From assembly GCA_964035545.1 (NCBI GenBank), contig OZ037767.1:15876998-15940997 (forward strand): a stretch of 64,000 bases of DNA. The letters run 5' to 3'. A program made the position numbers and the translations under genes. Positions 38,401 through 52,900 of this stretch are shown piece by piece. Below the pieces are notes generated by a model. That model saw only the letters and a list, made by a program, of their open reading frames with translations, was not told where the DNA came from and did no database searches. The stretch's first letter is position 1. Every line of letters starts with the position of its first letter. This stretch comes from Bugula neritina (lineage: Eukaryota; Animalia; Bryozoa).

Positions 38401-41400
38401 TTTTCGTATCTGTACTTAGTTACTTGTTTGGGTTAAGGGCAATACTATTCACACTTGCGAGTTTTCTGATGTGCGGTTTTTGTAAAGGTGGAAGATAATT
38501 TTACTATATATTAATTGTGTTTAATATGTAGCTGTCATACTTCTCACTTAGCTTTCTTTATATGACTCAATTATTTATCTGTTCAGTGTAAGAGTGCTGA
38601 GAGTTTAACTGAATCACTGATGATATATCTAAGAGTATAACTGAGATTACAACTCATAGTGTAACTGAGACTCTTACTGACAGTGTAACTGATGATATAA
38701 ATGATAGTATAACTGACTAGTGTAACTGAGAATATAACTCAGAGTATAACTGACAGTATAACTGAGAGTATAACGTATCAGACAAGAAGCCGAAGAAGAA
38801 GTACTATCCGGAAGCACCCGAACCGAAGTACCAGGTGAAGGAGTACGTCTCCACTCTGCTGCTCTACTCCGGAGGGAAGTCCTACCTGCCTAGCGGGAAG
38901 AAGACTCTCTTCCTTCAGCAGGTGATTTCAGGACAGAGTCATGCCTCTCCTCAGTACATGGTGAGTGTTACGGGACGGGTGTTCACCCTCCCCGCTTTCT
39001 CACTCAGTCTGTTTCAAGAATATTGCTAAGGCATAAAGCTACTTTCACCAACCGCTTTTTATAGTCCAAATACGTGTTTTAATACAAATATCGGCTAACA
39101 TTTTTATGCATATTGTTTTCTGTTGGAATAAATATATACTACGTATTCAAAAGAAAATTAATGGAGCAGCCGTGGTCTAGGGATTAGAGCGTTTGCCTAG
39201 TAAGCACGAAGTCATGGGTTTGAACCCCTACAAAGGCTATTGGTGATGTTAAGAAGAGCATCAAGTCATAATTGTTCCTGTGCTACATATGAATAAGTCC
39301 TTAGCCCAATTTAAAAGAACACTTTTCATCAGTGGTTCTCAGTGGCTGACTATAAACTTGCATGAGTTTTTAAAGAGATTTATTGCGTACTGATTTTGTG
39401 TCTGTGTGTAGGATTGGAATGACCTAAGCTCCGCCCCACAACTAGTCCTTGACCTAGTTCAGTTCAGTCACAGAAGGTCGGCTCGGTCCTCCGTGTCGCC
39501 CGTGAAATACTCACATCTGACCAATCACAGGCTAGATGGCCCGATCACTACGCTCTCTCCGATAGCCGAGGACGTGGGCTCCGCCCATCAGATGAACGGA
39601 GTGGAGCAACTCGACACACCCCCTTCTTACTCCAAATGTATGTCAGTCTAACAGGAAATACTTGTCTAAATACTAGTCTATTTCCATTGGCACCATTTAT
39701 CAACTTTAGTGTTGTGTTATGACTCATGCAATCTGCACTTAGTTGTACGTCACAGCCATATCCGTGTAATCTTATACAGTTTTTTGTTACGTAAGCCATT
39801 TTCTTATTTGCGAGTGTTCGTTTTGGTGCCACATTTAAGTTTTTATAGTCCGTAATCATATGATGCAGTAAAAGTTGAAAAACAAAGACTTAAGTCGTGT
39901 AATCATGTCCAAAGTCTTGCGTGTTACCCAATTTTTGTTTCATTTTCTTACGTTTTATTTCTTTTTGTTTACTTCTGTCAGTTTAATGCCAGAGCTTAAT
40001 CTTAGCCTTAGGACCTAGCAGCCTCTTCTTTTATTAACTTGGCGTGTATATCATCCCCCGTACTTTCTATTGCAGCCACAGATAAGTTATATTTTGTAAT
40101 GCAATGTAAAGGCTCCTCACAGACGACCTTTCAAGAAGGGTTCACCTGCCCGTTCTGTCTGAAGAAGACCGTCCCCTCTAATATTCTGTACTTGCTGAAG
40201 CACCTTAGGCTATGTCACAACCGTCTGCTGTTTCTCTATAAGGTGAGTATTCAAACTGAGTCGTAGAGCTCAAGGTAATGGTGTCATTTGGTTTCTCTCT
40301 TTTACGGCAAATTGCAGGTTTCAGTAGCCTCTTTGCTATTGGCTGGTCTGGGTGAACTTCACACCTAGATTATCTGCTAAATCATCTAATGCAGTGTAAT
40401 CTAGTGTATTATATTCTATGTGTTTGCCTTGACTGTGTTCCACTGACAAAAATATGTGTAGAGGTCGGGAGGCTTGACTACCTCCCCTTGAAAAGTAGAA
40501 ATATAAAATAGGATCAGCTGAAAACATGCTCGTATTTATTGCGTGACTATTCTTTCAACACTATCTGTGTTTTTTTGTCTGTAACGGTGCGTTATTAAAT
40601 ACTATTTTATTGTTGCAATAATAATAAAGCAAGCTTCAAAAACTATAAAGTGGGCAACTCCTAAGTTTAGAATTTCTTCCTAAACAGATTTACTGCTAGA
40701 AATAAAAATAGAGTAAATGTTTTGATTATTCTGCTAGGAAGCTGATGGCGACCCCGCAATCATCGTCACGGTGAACTTGTACTACGACGGGTCGCGCTGC
40801 GGTAACCCTTTCAGCATCGCACCGACCCAGAAGCACTTGCAGACTCCCATATCTGACTCGTTCAAGAGGGCGGAGCCTATAAGACGAACTCCATACACGG
40901 AAGTGCTGAACGTCAGGTGGGACAACTCTACACTACCCTACCCTACACTACACTACCCTACACTACACTACACTACACTACACTACACTACACTATACTA
41001 CACTACACTACACTACACTATACTACACTATACTACACTATACTACACTATACTACACTATACTACCTCTACACTATACTACACTATACTATACTACACT
41101 ATACTACCTCTACACTACCTCTACACTACCTCTACACTACACTACACTATACTACACTATACTACACTACACTACACTACACTACACTACACTACACTAT
41201 ACTATACTACACTATACTACACTACACTATATACTATACTATACTATACTACACTACACTATACTACACTACACTATACTATACTACACTATACTACCTC
41301 TACACTACACTATACTACACTACACTACCTCTACACTAAAATTTAGTCATATCATCAAATCTCCTAATTCCAATAAGAAGTTTGTTTAAGCTTTTCAAAA

Positions 41401-42810
41401 TCTACTTTCTCTTAAATATTTGTACGGTTGTAGGATTCTGCGTTGATTTTTGTATCTTTTCCTCTCCAAATATTTTGAATTCAGGGCGAATAGGAAAAAG
41501 ATGACATTAGAAGAGTTTTCGCGGCCTGAGCCCCTTCCACTGATAAGTAACTACAGCTCCTTGCTGGGCCACAACAGGTAGGAGTTGGCTATTTCCTGTT
41601 TTGTGGTTGTTTACTGAGTCTACGTGTGTGGCATGTGTCATCACTTGACATGACACATGCTTGCAGGTGTCTGCTGGAATTAATCGTGTCTTTTCTTATA
41701 ATACTGTAATACAATGTACTGTTTTTTGTTTCAATGTGAACTTTTCCATATTTCAATAAATTAAATTTGGATAAGTTCTTAAAAGAAAGTATTACTTTAG
41801 TTACTATTGACATTATTTTTAAGTCTAGAAATTAACGGAATTGCCAGCTCACTGTTCAAGTATATCTTGTGTTATCAGGCGATATTATCACTGCATAACC
41901 AATCAGCCCATCCTGTCGAATGACTTTGATGTCGACAGCGACGGGGAGGATGCCGAGTGGATGAGGACCGCTTCCAGTCGACTCATTGATGAGTTTATCG
42001 ACGTGAACAAAGGGGAGAAGGAGTTGATGAAAATGTGGAATAATTTCATTAGCAAAAACACTCAGTAAGTTACAGTACTACCCAGTGAGTTACAGTACTA
42101 CTCAGTGAGTTATAGTAGTACTCAGTGAGTTACAGTACTACTCAGTGAGTTATAGTACTACTCAGTGAGTTATAGTACTACTCAGTGAGTTATAGTACTA
42201 CTCAGTGAGTTATAGTAGTACTCAGTGAGTCAAAGTTGTATTCAGTAATGCAATCGCAAGACTATGTTTTATGCTAATATGTCATAACATACCTCATTAT
42301 ACCATAACAAAGCATATTATAGTTTATGTTATTGTGTATTGTCTTATTGTATTATATTATTGAGTATACTATTTCATATATTACTGTAATTATATGCATA
42401 TATAATATATAGAGTAATATATGCATATAACCATATATTTTTATGATAATGTCAGTGTATGACAGTACTTCATATATTGCTATATTACTGTAATATTATA
42501 TTACAACAATACTTCATATATTACTATATCACTGTACTATTATATTACACATCAGTATACGACGTGCTGTTACAGATACATATCGGACACCCAGATGGAG
42601 GCAGCCTGTCTCAAGTTCGTCTCTGAACATAGTGAAATCTTGTCCTTCAAGTTACGAAACAACTTTCTCTGCCACTTGGCTACAATGTACGACTGCGGCG
42701 TGTTGCAAGCCCGCAGCATCAGGAACATTATTGACTCTATGCCGAAGAAACCCACCGGAGTTAAATCCAAGCCTCCGCCAAACGGCGGTGTCCTCACATG
42801 CAACATCTGA
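35442..42810 (+). CDS. SUZ12: Polycomb protein SUZ12 (C2H2 finger, VEFS box)
   Basis: Exons 35442-35462 (start uncertain), 35959-36229, 36497-36540, 36795-36865, 37353-37521, 38120-38315, 38782-38960, 39412-39637, 40076-40242, 40738-40916, 41485-41577, 41879-42064, 42576-42810; motifs PIFLQRNL, CPFC..LLKHLRLCHNR, YDGS.CGNP, GHNRRYYH, DSDGED, EFIDVNKGEKELMKMWN. Confidence 0.93.
38590..38775. repeat. 12-bp degenerate minisatellite abutting a SUZ12 acceptor
   Basis: Unit agtataactgag. Confidence 0.85.
39163..39356 (+). mobile_element. tRNA-derived SINE (family A)
   Basis: Head gccgtggtctaggg..gggtttgaacccc plus shared body. Confidence 0.8.
40928..41337. repeat. (CTACA/CTATA)n pentanucleotide microsatellite
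   Basis: Directly visible, starts just after a SUZ12 donor. Confidence 0.97.
42061..42240 (+). repeat. 20-bp tandem repeat (9 copies) containing a 5' splice-site consensus
   Basis: Unit ctcagtgagttatagtacta; first copy is the true donor ctca|gtaagt. Confidence 0.95.
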
Positions 42811-43631
42811 ACCGGTGATGGTTTATTGGAGTTGCCCGATCTTCTATTTAGGAAATAATGAAGCCAAAGACTTGGTTAGTCGTAGGAAGCTGCCGGTGAC
42901 CTTCTTTGGCTGGCTGCAAGGTCAAATTTGAATACAATCACGTTTAAAGACTGTTGAAGACACAGATACGGTCAGCTTTGTGATTCACCACGAGAACTCA
43001 ACCTTATTTTAATTTAATTATATACAAGAAGTTATCTTCTCGGTTAGAAATCATTGCGCACCAAATTCATTTAAGTAAGTTTTACTATTGTGAAGCAGTC
43101 ATATTTTCTCATACGTGTATATAATCACAAATCATAAATTGGTCAATTTTATTTTGCGTTACTTGTATTTCCATCTAAACAGTTTAATTAGTGAGATTAA
43201 TCTAGTGAATTTTTTTGCACGCTATATATCCTGGCAATTCCCATGACTTATTTCTGTTCTCTGTTGTCTATTATGTAAGTGATTTTATGGTTGCCATGGT
43301 TACTATCTTTTTTATTTTCCCGTCTCATAGTTTTTGAGCTTATACCTTCATTTTTCTTGCAGGAAGCATAAGAAATATCTTTAATTCAAGCAACCGTTAT
43401 TTTTAAAACAATGTCTATTTTGGCCTTTGATGTTGGAAAATGTTTCATATAAACCAAGTGTCAACAAGTTTTACTATGAAAAGTAATGTACCAAATCACT
43501 GTCTATAAAATATATTATGCCCATTAAATTATCTTGTAGAAATTGTCTGCTCTTTGTAAATGCCACATTTTCCTGTACTAGCACATTAATTGTAATAACA
43601 AATAATATTTAGTTATATTTTAGTGATCACA

Positions 43632-43915
43632 ACAGTCATGTTCCAGTAGTTGAAGCACTGGCTTATACACTGCGTTTCCATTACCGCATTATGCGAATGG
43701 ATTTTTTCATTCGGCTAATGGAAACAGTTACATCGAATGAAACCGCAACTATAAGTTAATGCAAACCACAAACCACAAATAATCAGTACGAAGCATTCAT
43801 TCGCATTATGCGCAGTCATGGAAACGCAGTGATAGTAAAAACAAATTCTGTAGTTTGAATGCCAGTAAAGGCCATTGGTGATGTTAGGAAGAGCATTCAG
43901 TCATAATATTTCCTT
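43632..43915 (+). mobile_element. Degenerate family A SINE interrupted by a MITE
   Basis: Head remnant before 43668; B-box remnant and body ggtgatgttaggaagagcattcagtcataat after 43831. Confidence 0.65.
43668..43831. mobile_element. 164-bp MITE with 3-bp TSD (PIF/Harbinger-like)
   Basis: TIRs cactgcgtttccat / atggaaacgcagtg; ATA on both flanks. Confidence 0.8.
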
Positions 43916-44469
43916 AGCCACAATAGGAAACTAATCTACCTTGCTTTCACTCCAGACTACCACAGGGAATAATGAATCTCTTTAAAAATACAAAAATTAT
44001 CAAGACATTTGTTAGCAGTTGTGCTCTCTACATAACTTCGTCCCCTCAAAACTTGCTAATAAAGTTAGTTATACAGGTAATTATTTCAAAAAGTAAATAT
44101 CCTGTCTTGTGTACATTCAGGTATGCAATATTATAGTGTAATATGCTGTAAAGACTTCATCAGTATGCATATACACATACCACATCTGTATATATTATAC
44201 ATAGATGTAGTGTCCAATTCTTAAAATATTCTACAGATACTCTGCTGAATTCTAGCAATAGTTTGGGGGTTGACAATCTCCTTCCTATAATTTATGTTTA
44301 ATTATTAAACTTAGCTATGAACTTTTTACCACCCAAATTCAACTATTTTCAAAAAATAATTATTATAAAATGATTCAATAGGTATACAAGATGCGTCACA
44401 TGCATGTTTTCATGCTTTTGAAAATTATACAAGGACATTATCATATACTCGCGCACTTACTCAAACAAC

Positions 44470-44555
44470 TTTATAGTCGCTATCTCTGCGAGAAAACCCC
44501 TGATAGAAAGGATTTTTGTTAAAACGGGCTAGGGACTTATTCAGATGAGGTACAA
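44470..44555 (-). mobile_element. 3' fragment of family A SINE
   Basis: Matches 14667-14750 (tatagtcgc..gagaaa.ccc.tgatagaa.gg.tttttgttaaa..ggcta.ggactt.ttcagatgagg). Confidence 0.75.
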
Positions 44556-45769
44556 AGACATTATCATACGTTACGTATAAATATGTGTACACCTTGTAAA
44601 GCCTTCTTATTTCAGGTGGTAATTCAATACAATTCAAATTTATTGGCAGTTGAAAAAACTTACTTATCATAGTTTTATATACTTATGCTGTGGTTTCCTG
44701 TGTAGAATTTCACAGCACATTAAGAAACAGAGTTCAGTTTCGGTGTCAATTATATCAGGAATAGTTTATATGTAAGAGTGTCTAATGTTTCATGAAGTCA
44801 TAATAATTCAATCGACTCTTTGGAATACTTTTGGCTGCTTACAGTTTTCAATTTTACGTATATTAGAATTCTTCCAATTTTTACAAAATTTTGCTTCAGG
44901 CTGTAAACTTGTAGGTAAACAAAATTAGCTTCAACTCTGAAGCATAATGACTATTTTAAAGTAAATATGTTCATTTAATACTTACTTGCCAGTTTTAAAG
45001 ATAAAATATGAATTGGCTTAGAACTATTTTTGAAAATTAGTTCTTGCATATGCATACTATTTTAACCCCTCTCATTATGTCAGTTCTACTTTTGAAGTCC
45101 CTGCAGCATGTGAGTGCTGCACTGTATACATTATACTAGTTTGTGTGACATCTTCTCAGCTGATGAGTTTTGCCTGCCTTTCGTATTGACTTTGCCCTGT
45201 TTACATGAATGTTATGAAATGTATACTGACTGTAATCACCTTCATGACAGCCTGATCTAGTTGTAATCCCTGACTAGTAACTTACCTGTACACTCTATAT
45301 TTATAGTCTATTACCTGCTTTCTATAGGTTAATGGCAATACAATGAACAATTTACAAATAGAAGTCTACATTTATTAGTTTTAGTAAACTTTGTAAGCAC
45401 TGACATATTTACATCATAGTCATTAATATACTTTCTCTCAGTTGTTTTCTCCTGTTTACACTTGTGCCAGGTTTACACGAAAATCATATATATGATTATT
45501 GAATATGTTCAATAGTCTAGTATGTTCAACAGTGTAAAATGCTTTCTATATAACTTTATAGTGAGCAGTACTTTGAATGGCTCTGTACAATGTTTTCTAC
45601 TCAGTATTTTATTGCCTATGTTTTACACTTTATAAATTTTTAAACCTTCAACACTGACTTGCTTAGTTATCTATCATTTGTATTCTAGACTCTAAAGTCT
45701 ATACTATATATAGTAAATACTCTGTATGTTATACTCTATAAACTATGTACTATAGTCTACACTCTATAC

Positions 45770-46101
45770 CAGGGGTGAGCAACTGGAGCCCTAAGGGGCA
45801 CTTGTGACCCTTTGCCCAATTTTCAGGGGCCCTGTTAATGCTTAAGATAAGTAAACACTGTCATTGTTATTCTGATTAGCACATCAGCATAGGTGTCAGC
45901 ATAGGTGTCGGCATAGGTGTCAGCATAGGTGTCAGCATAGGTGTCAGCATAGGTGTCAGCATAGGTGTCAGCATAGGTGTCAGCATAGGTTTGGTGACAG
46001 ATTACTTTATAATAAAAGTTATTATGTGTACAATCTTGTGGCCCTTCGTTTTGGCTGACTTCTGAGTTTGGCCCTCGAAGCAAAAAAGTTGCCCCCCTCT
46101 G
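45770..46101. mobile_element. hAT (Charlie-type) MITE carrying a 12-bp minisatellite
   Basis: Ends caggggtgagcaact / agttgcccccctctg; 8-bp TSD ctctatac/atctatac; (gcataggtgtca)n at ~45880-45990. Confidence 0.8.
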
Positions 46102-46902
46102 ATCTATACTCTGCCATATAGGTATAATTATAGTCTATTTTCTGTACTTAATATTCTATAGCATGTAGTTTATATTCTATGTTCTATTGTCCACATTATT
46201 CAACCTATAATCTATAAACTATACGTACTATAATTTACAATCTATATTCTGTAGTCCATAATTTGCAGCTTATACTCTGTTATTTGTTGTACTCTATGCT
46301 TTGCGGCTGTTCCCGCAAATCATAGGTCAAACAAAACTTGGTAAAATCTTCCCTTGTAGGTTTTGGCACTGTTGATGCCTCTTGATGGCTCACCTTTGAC
46401 CTGTGATAGTTTATCTCGCTAATTATAGGGTTACTCATGTAGCCTACAATTACAAGCTAATTAGTTTATACGAGGTTGGGCTTTACCACAGGTTTACATA
46501 CTACAAGTAAGTTGTTCTTGTGATGAATTACAGGCTAGTATTTAAACAACCTCGTGGAGTATTTGATGTGTTTTTGAATACTTGAAATTCTGTTTCATCA
46601 AAGTAGAGTTTGATAGCTTGTAACAGCACATAACTCAAGTGTTGTGGCAGCAGTTGGCAGCTGTTAGAAAGTCAGCAGTGACTAATTACTAGGCAGCAGC
46701 CAGTGGAATTGTTAGTTGCTTTCAGGCAGAAAAGGGTTTCTTTATCTCATTGCAATCTTCAGCCATTTCCACCAGATATAAGCGGAAAATCTACTCATAC
46801 TCAAACCCGTCTTATTTTATCACAAAGTTTACTTTCTTCTTTCGTCAATAGGATATGACACGGGATTTTACCTCTTCTCCAGTCTTCTGATTCCAAGTAA
46901 AG

Positions 46903-49900
46903 ATGCCGACTTTTAATCTACTCGCTATTTTTCTACAATTATCTCTTATTGCAGCAGCTAATGGTGCCAGTCAAGCCAAAGGTAAGGACGTGGAAATTAC
47001 AAAATCCAATAACCTAGTTACTTTCAAATTTCTTAATAGATTTGGGTTTGAGTTAAACTTATGGCTGAAATATTTTCAGTAAGAAGATATTTTTCCTTCA
47101 ACTACTAAAATATATATTTTTCCTAATTTCTCTACAACCATACTCACCTCAAAGTTTTGAGATCAATGTATGTATTTACTACTTGAAAGAATATACTGAT
47201 TTTTAGCTCAGGTTTATAGTTGTTTGTTTAAAGCCAGTGTTTAGTTCAGAATTCCATTTTTCTTATGATTCCTTAGTTAATAATAATGAGTTGTTATAAA
47301 ATGATGTGCACTAAAAGCTTCATAAATTCATCCTTTGTTTAGATTTTATGGGATTGTGAAAACAGCAACGAAAGGTTAAATTTTAGTCACCTTTGAAAAT
47401 GCCAATTATTCAAACGTTGCGCATCATTTGGTGCAAAATTTATCTTACATGTTAGCATCCAAATGCCACACAACCAACCTGAATGTCAATATGGGCCTAA
47501 GGAGTGCTGTTAATATATTACTGAAGTAACACTAATACAATTTATAAATAAATTAATCAATTAATTAACTAATACATTGTTTAGCCTAATACTTCTAATA
47601 CTGTTTGTGTTTTGAATTGTTCCTTCCACAACCTTTGCAGAAATTACAAATATGCATGTCTGTTTATTAATTTTGACAGTAATTAATATGATAGAAGTCT
47701 GTTCCAATTGCCATTGTAGTAGCTCATGTAGCTAAAGCTAGTAGACATCAGCTGTGTATTTACTGTAAACACAGCAATTTCCTCAAATACCACACAAGTA
47801 CAATTAGATGATAATGATACCAACTGAGTTTTTCTTTTTAGGTATTGTGTCCAAAGTAGTTTTGAAACTATAAGTAGAGTGTCCTAAATAACTTGGTGGT
47901 ACAAAAGCATTAATATTTTTGCTTAGCTCAAGTTTTTAATTCTTGATTAGATTTTGGGGCAGGGACACATGGACTTCAAACTTTGAGCAACCGGTTTCTC
48001 AGCGTGCTAGAATTAATTCCTGAAAACTAAGTTCTGTTCAAAGAGACATATGCAAGTCCATGTCCTCAATGGACAATATCTGACATATTGCAATTACTGG
48101 AAGCATATTGCTCTAATACTAATTAACCAGCCCCCATATTTAATGAATGTAGAATGTGCAGGACAAAAAATACCATATAACTAAGTTTGTTTAATAAAGT
48201 TATAAATTTACAATAAATAGGTTTAGTTCTGTATTAAGCCTCTTTTATACTGTTGATGGTACCATCTCCTTTCTGTTCACAGCAATGGTGTATAGCTGCA
48301 GCAGCAATGATCTGGTAGCCTACACTCAGTTTGGAGTATTCAAGAAGGTGCTAGCCAGTTCTAACTGCTCCCTACTCTTACCTAACAGCCTTTCCCGGAG
48401 TGCAAATGATAAGGTCAGCGTTTTTATAGGACACATCAGTACTCCACCTGGCAGCACCTGTGAGACAGAATACCTGGAAATCTCAGGTAGAAAGTAAGTT
48501 CACCTCTGATTTACTTCTCTGGTTCTGTTCACTTTGACTAGTAAATTTCTACTTATATAAGTTAGTTTGTAAATAAGATGTTTTGAAGGTAGGTGCATGC
48601 AGTAATGAAGAAGTGGGAAAAGCCTGTGTTCTAGATTAGAAATGCAGCCAAAGAAGTTATGCTTTTTGCTAGAATTTTAACCAAAATTTATTAAGAAATT
48701 TAAAGAACTTAGGCTATCTCAATTTCTCTACTACTCCACCTAAAGATATTTTACTACTCCTATGCATAAACTGCTGGACAGTTTACCATTGACTGCTGTA
48801 GCTATATATAAATTACTTTGAATGAAGCTATTACAGAGCATCAAATCAAATTTCACCTCTTTCAAGAACTTCAAGCATAAACTCTGTACAGTTTACTATA
48901 CTGGCCACTGTATATATGATTACTATGTATGAATTTATCATAGCATTTTGCTTTTTTTAGAACTTATAGAGTAGATAATTATTTTAATTGTGACACTTTT
49001 GATACCTGTGGAGCTATGATATGAGCTCAAAGCTGCAAATATTTCTCTCCCAGTTTACACACCCTCATTCGAGACAGGTACGAAATCTGACTAATCCAAT
49101 TTCAACCAATGAAGTCACTCAACTTCTGCTGTTGTAGGTTTTGCGGTGGTACTTTTCGAGGTGCTGTGACCTTGACCTTATCAGAAGACGTTCTCATCTC
49201 CTTCCAGACAACATCTCCAGACTCACGCATCACCTTCAACCTACGCTACACCGTATACACAGACGTATGTGGCACACCTTCCACCATCAGCCAGTGGCCT
49301 GTCATACTGCAGACGAACATCTCTCAACCCACCACCTGTTCCACCCAGTTAAACGTTACTCGCTATGACAAACTTGAAATACTAATGAAAGATTTGATTG
49401 GCAGATCTACCTGTAAATTTAATGGTATCTCTGTAAGAACTAGTGATGACTCAGTTTTGTGCCAAGGCATCAACTGTTTGAACTCGGCAGGATATGATGT
49501 CACTAACTATACAACCTTGACTGTCGTGCGGACATCTTGCGTGTTCTCTTGGTATATTCAAGGCAAGTTAATAGAGCATCGTGTTTATGCTCTCAAGTGG
49601 TACCAATACACTCATATGGCTTAATGTTCATAATGTTCAAATAGATAATTACTACTTCTATTTGTTGCAGAGCTGATTATTTAAAATTGTCCTGGATTTT
49701 CTGTTTTATGTTGGTGCATCGCTACTTAATTGTTAGTTGCTGTCTTGAAGTTTGCTTATGATTTAGACTTTAGAGGCTTTATAGTACTATATGGGCTAAG
49801 ATTTCTAATGGTCATTCTAGCTAACATTTCTAAATCATTCTATATTCTATAAGCAGCTTTGAGTTGGGGGTGAGTAAGTGCAATAGTCTAGGATTCTCAA

Positions 49901-52900
49901 GTTTGAAGTTGGGGGTCTCAAATTCCAACTTCAACCCCCAACTCTGAAATTGAGAACCCCACATTACTGCACTTACTCACCCCTAACTTAGAACTACTTA
50001 TAGAACTATTCAACATTTGTATTATTTTAGCATTCTCTGAGAGCTTAGTCCAAGATATCTGTTCTCTATCGGAGAGTTCCTTGACCCTCCCGCAAGGAAA
50101 AATTTCCAGTCCAGGCTACAGGCAAGGATATACTGGAACGCTGGATTGCTCAGTATACATAAAAGGGTGAGATAATTTGTGACAAATACCCTTACCATTT
50201 TATACACTACATAATATGTTAGCTTTATTCAGTTTGAAGTTTGTTTAAGTTTACTTTTTAATGGTAACTTCTGGAAACTGATTCAAATTCCATCCTTAAA
50301 ATACTTGCTACAGCTCAAACCTTCCTGCAACATGTTTATCACTTCCCTTATACATTCTTATCTTTTAAAGGTCTAACTCTGTGCCTTGTCTTCAGCACTA
50401 TAATTAAAACATAACTAACTTATCTTCAATTATCAATACTATATATTTTTATTGTCACATGATGTAACTGCACAAAGGCACAATATTGTATTAAATGCAA
50501 TAAGCTTGTCATGCACTGTTTAAAAGTCTATATTAATTTGTCTCTCTAAAGTCTAATATAATTGTATATCTCTAAATAAGAGGAAATGCAGGTTTCATGG
50601 TCTGACAAAAATTCCCGTTTTCACCTTTGGTAAAAAGTAAAATTTGCCCATATGTGGTATGGCAGTTATACTTGTCTTGTTGCTTACTGACTCTGCTCTG
50701 AGTCATGTTTCTAAAGCTACTGATCACCAGATAGCCATTTCTATCACCATCTGCTGATGTCAGTAGCTTCTAGATTATTCTATGTGAATACTACATCCTT
50801 ATACTTATCGGTACCCATTCACATTTAGGTTTTGAGACTCTACAACTAATTAAGGGCAATTTCCATGGTTATCTAGACTATTGACTCATCCACCGTATCA
50901 GCCATCAAATCACCCTCCCTCTGCTCTACATACTCCATCAGTGATTCATGCAGAAGTCAGTATTTCCTGTCCCACTAGTCAGCTACTGTCTCACTATTAT
51001 TCCTTGCTGCTGTATCAACATACATTCACCTCTCCTTGTTTATCTTGGACACTCACTAACCTAAATATTTGCACTCAGGTTCCAAATTCCTCAACTCCCC
51101 AATACTGATAGATTCTGACAAATGGTTGACTTGTTTATATGAAGCTAATTTAGATATCAAAATGATATCTATTTATATGCACATAGTTGTTGTCTTCTTA
51201 TAGTTAATACGGTCTCATGACTTCAACATTGCCAGGTAGGCTCAGTAATAGAGATATTGAGAGGAGCCTGTGTTCTCAAAAGAGTTTCAACCCGTACCCC
51301 AAACCAAAATCTAATAAATTAATTAATGAGCTTAGGCTATCTCAATTTCTCCACTACTGCTCCTAAATGCAATGTGCCAGTTTTCATTGCTTGCTTTCTT
51401 CAGTTTTCTCAATTGGCACAGTCCAGTTTATTTAGTACAAACTGAATTTGAGTTTGTCAGTTTATATATTGCTTGTTTTTACATGTTTGTGATTGACTAT
51501 ACAGACTCAAAATGATTTTAATTAATGTAAAACTATCTCAAAATTAATAAACTTTTCATATTTGGCTGGGAACAACAGTACAATATTGTATAAACTCATT
51601 AAAAAGTTCGTTTTTTTAGCTAATTTCCTATATAAGACAGTTCAAAATGAGTGGTTTTGACATCTTTCAGGATTTATAAGTTTTACAATTCTAAATCAAG
51701 TTATATTTTATTTACATATAACGAAAGAAAAATATTTTATCTTCACAATGATGTTTTATTTGCAGGGGTCTCGTACAGATTTAGTTCAGAAATGATGTTT
51801 TAAGTAACACAAGCGTCAAATTTCTTACCTAATCGAACTGCATCGTACTTACTCACGCCATTACTGATTACATGCTTGCGGAGTTGTCCGTCTATAACTA
51901 AATTTATTTTCGAAATGCTTTCCTATTTTCAAAGAAATATCTCAAATAAAATGGCCGATGTTGATTTGTTTTTTAATTTTAATAATATTTCAAAGAAATA
52001 TTTTGAAAAATACTTGTCTTATTATAAAAAAATAAAACTTATTCAATTTTATCAATTGAATTTGCTCTTTTATTTTTTTTCGGAATTAGTTTTGTCATTA
52101 GCCCGCGAAATATTAATTCTAACTTGATGAAATATCGTTTCGTTCTGCTGCTTAAATTTCTTAATAAGAAAGTTTTGGTATATAAGTTTACTTCTTTTCA
52201 ACCAATATTGTGTTTGCTGTTGGATAACTTTTGATCATTGTTGGTAAGTAGCAAATTATTACACTATTGGGCTTATTACAAAATTTAGAGTCATTGTGAA
52301 TATGAAATTAATGGGAAGATATAGCTGCAAGCACGAGCACTGGTAGTAGTTGTAGTAGTATTTATACTCATTATAACTAGAAGTATAACTATTATTATGG
52401 GAGTTTTGATATGTTATAATAATTGATATAACTGATAATCAATAATAACTAATGATTTTATCAGTACGAGTTAGAGTATTGCTGGTACTTGTTGTAATTT
52501 CAAGTTTATTTACTTTCATTTTGTCAACAATATGAATATTATTCTAAATATTATAATTACATACAAATTCAATAAAATTATATATCATCATAGAATAAAT
52601 GTTTTATAGGTAATTCTTTTGAATTTAGTATATTTTGCAGTTTTTAGTTAATATATAGTATATTTTGCAAGTTTTATTTAATTGAGTCGTACTTTAAATA
52701 GCAATATGAATTTGATTAGAAATAATCAATGTAAATTGTTAGCCACCTTCTTTTAGTTTTTAATCCTACAACAATAATAATATTAATATAACAGTTTCAA
52801 GTAATTCGCTTGAATTTAGTATATTATTTTTTTCAGTTTTTGTTTAATTGAGCTGTACTTCAAATATCAATACGAATGTGATTAGAATTAGTCAATGATA

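Noticed and set aside
40917-41346. LHYTT-repeat ORFs
   Set aside because: Pentanucleotide microsatellite in a SUZ12 intron.
42061-42240. CRISPR-like array
   Set aside because: Head-to-tail repeats without unique spacers, eukaryotic intron, no cas genes.
50650-51110. Possible LINE relic
   Set aside because: Compositional hint only; no RT or endonuclease motif readable.
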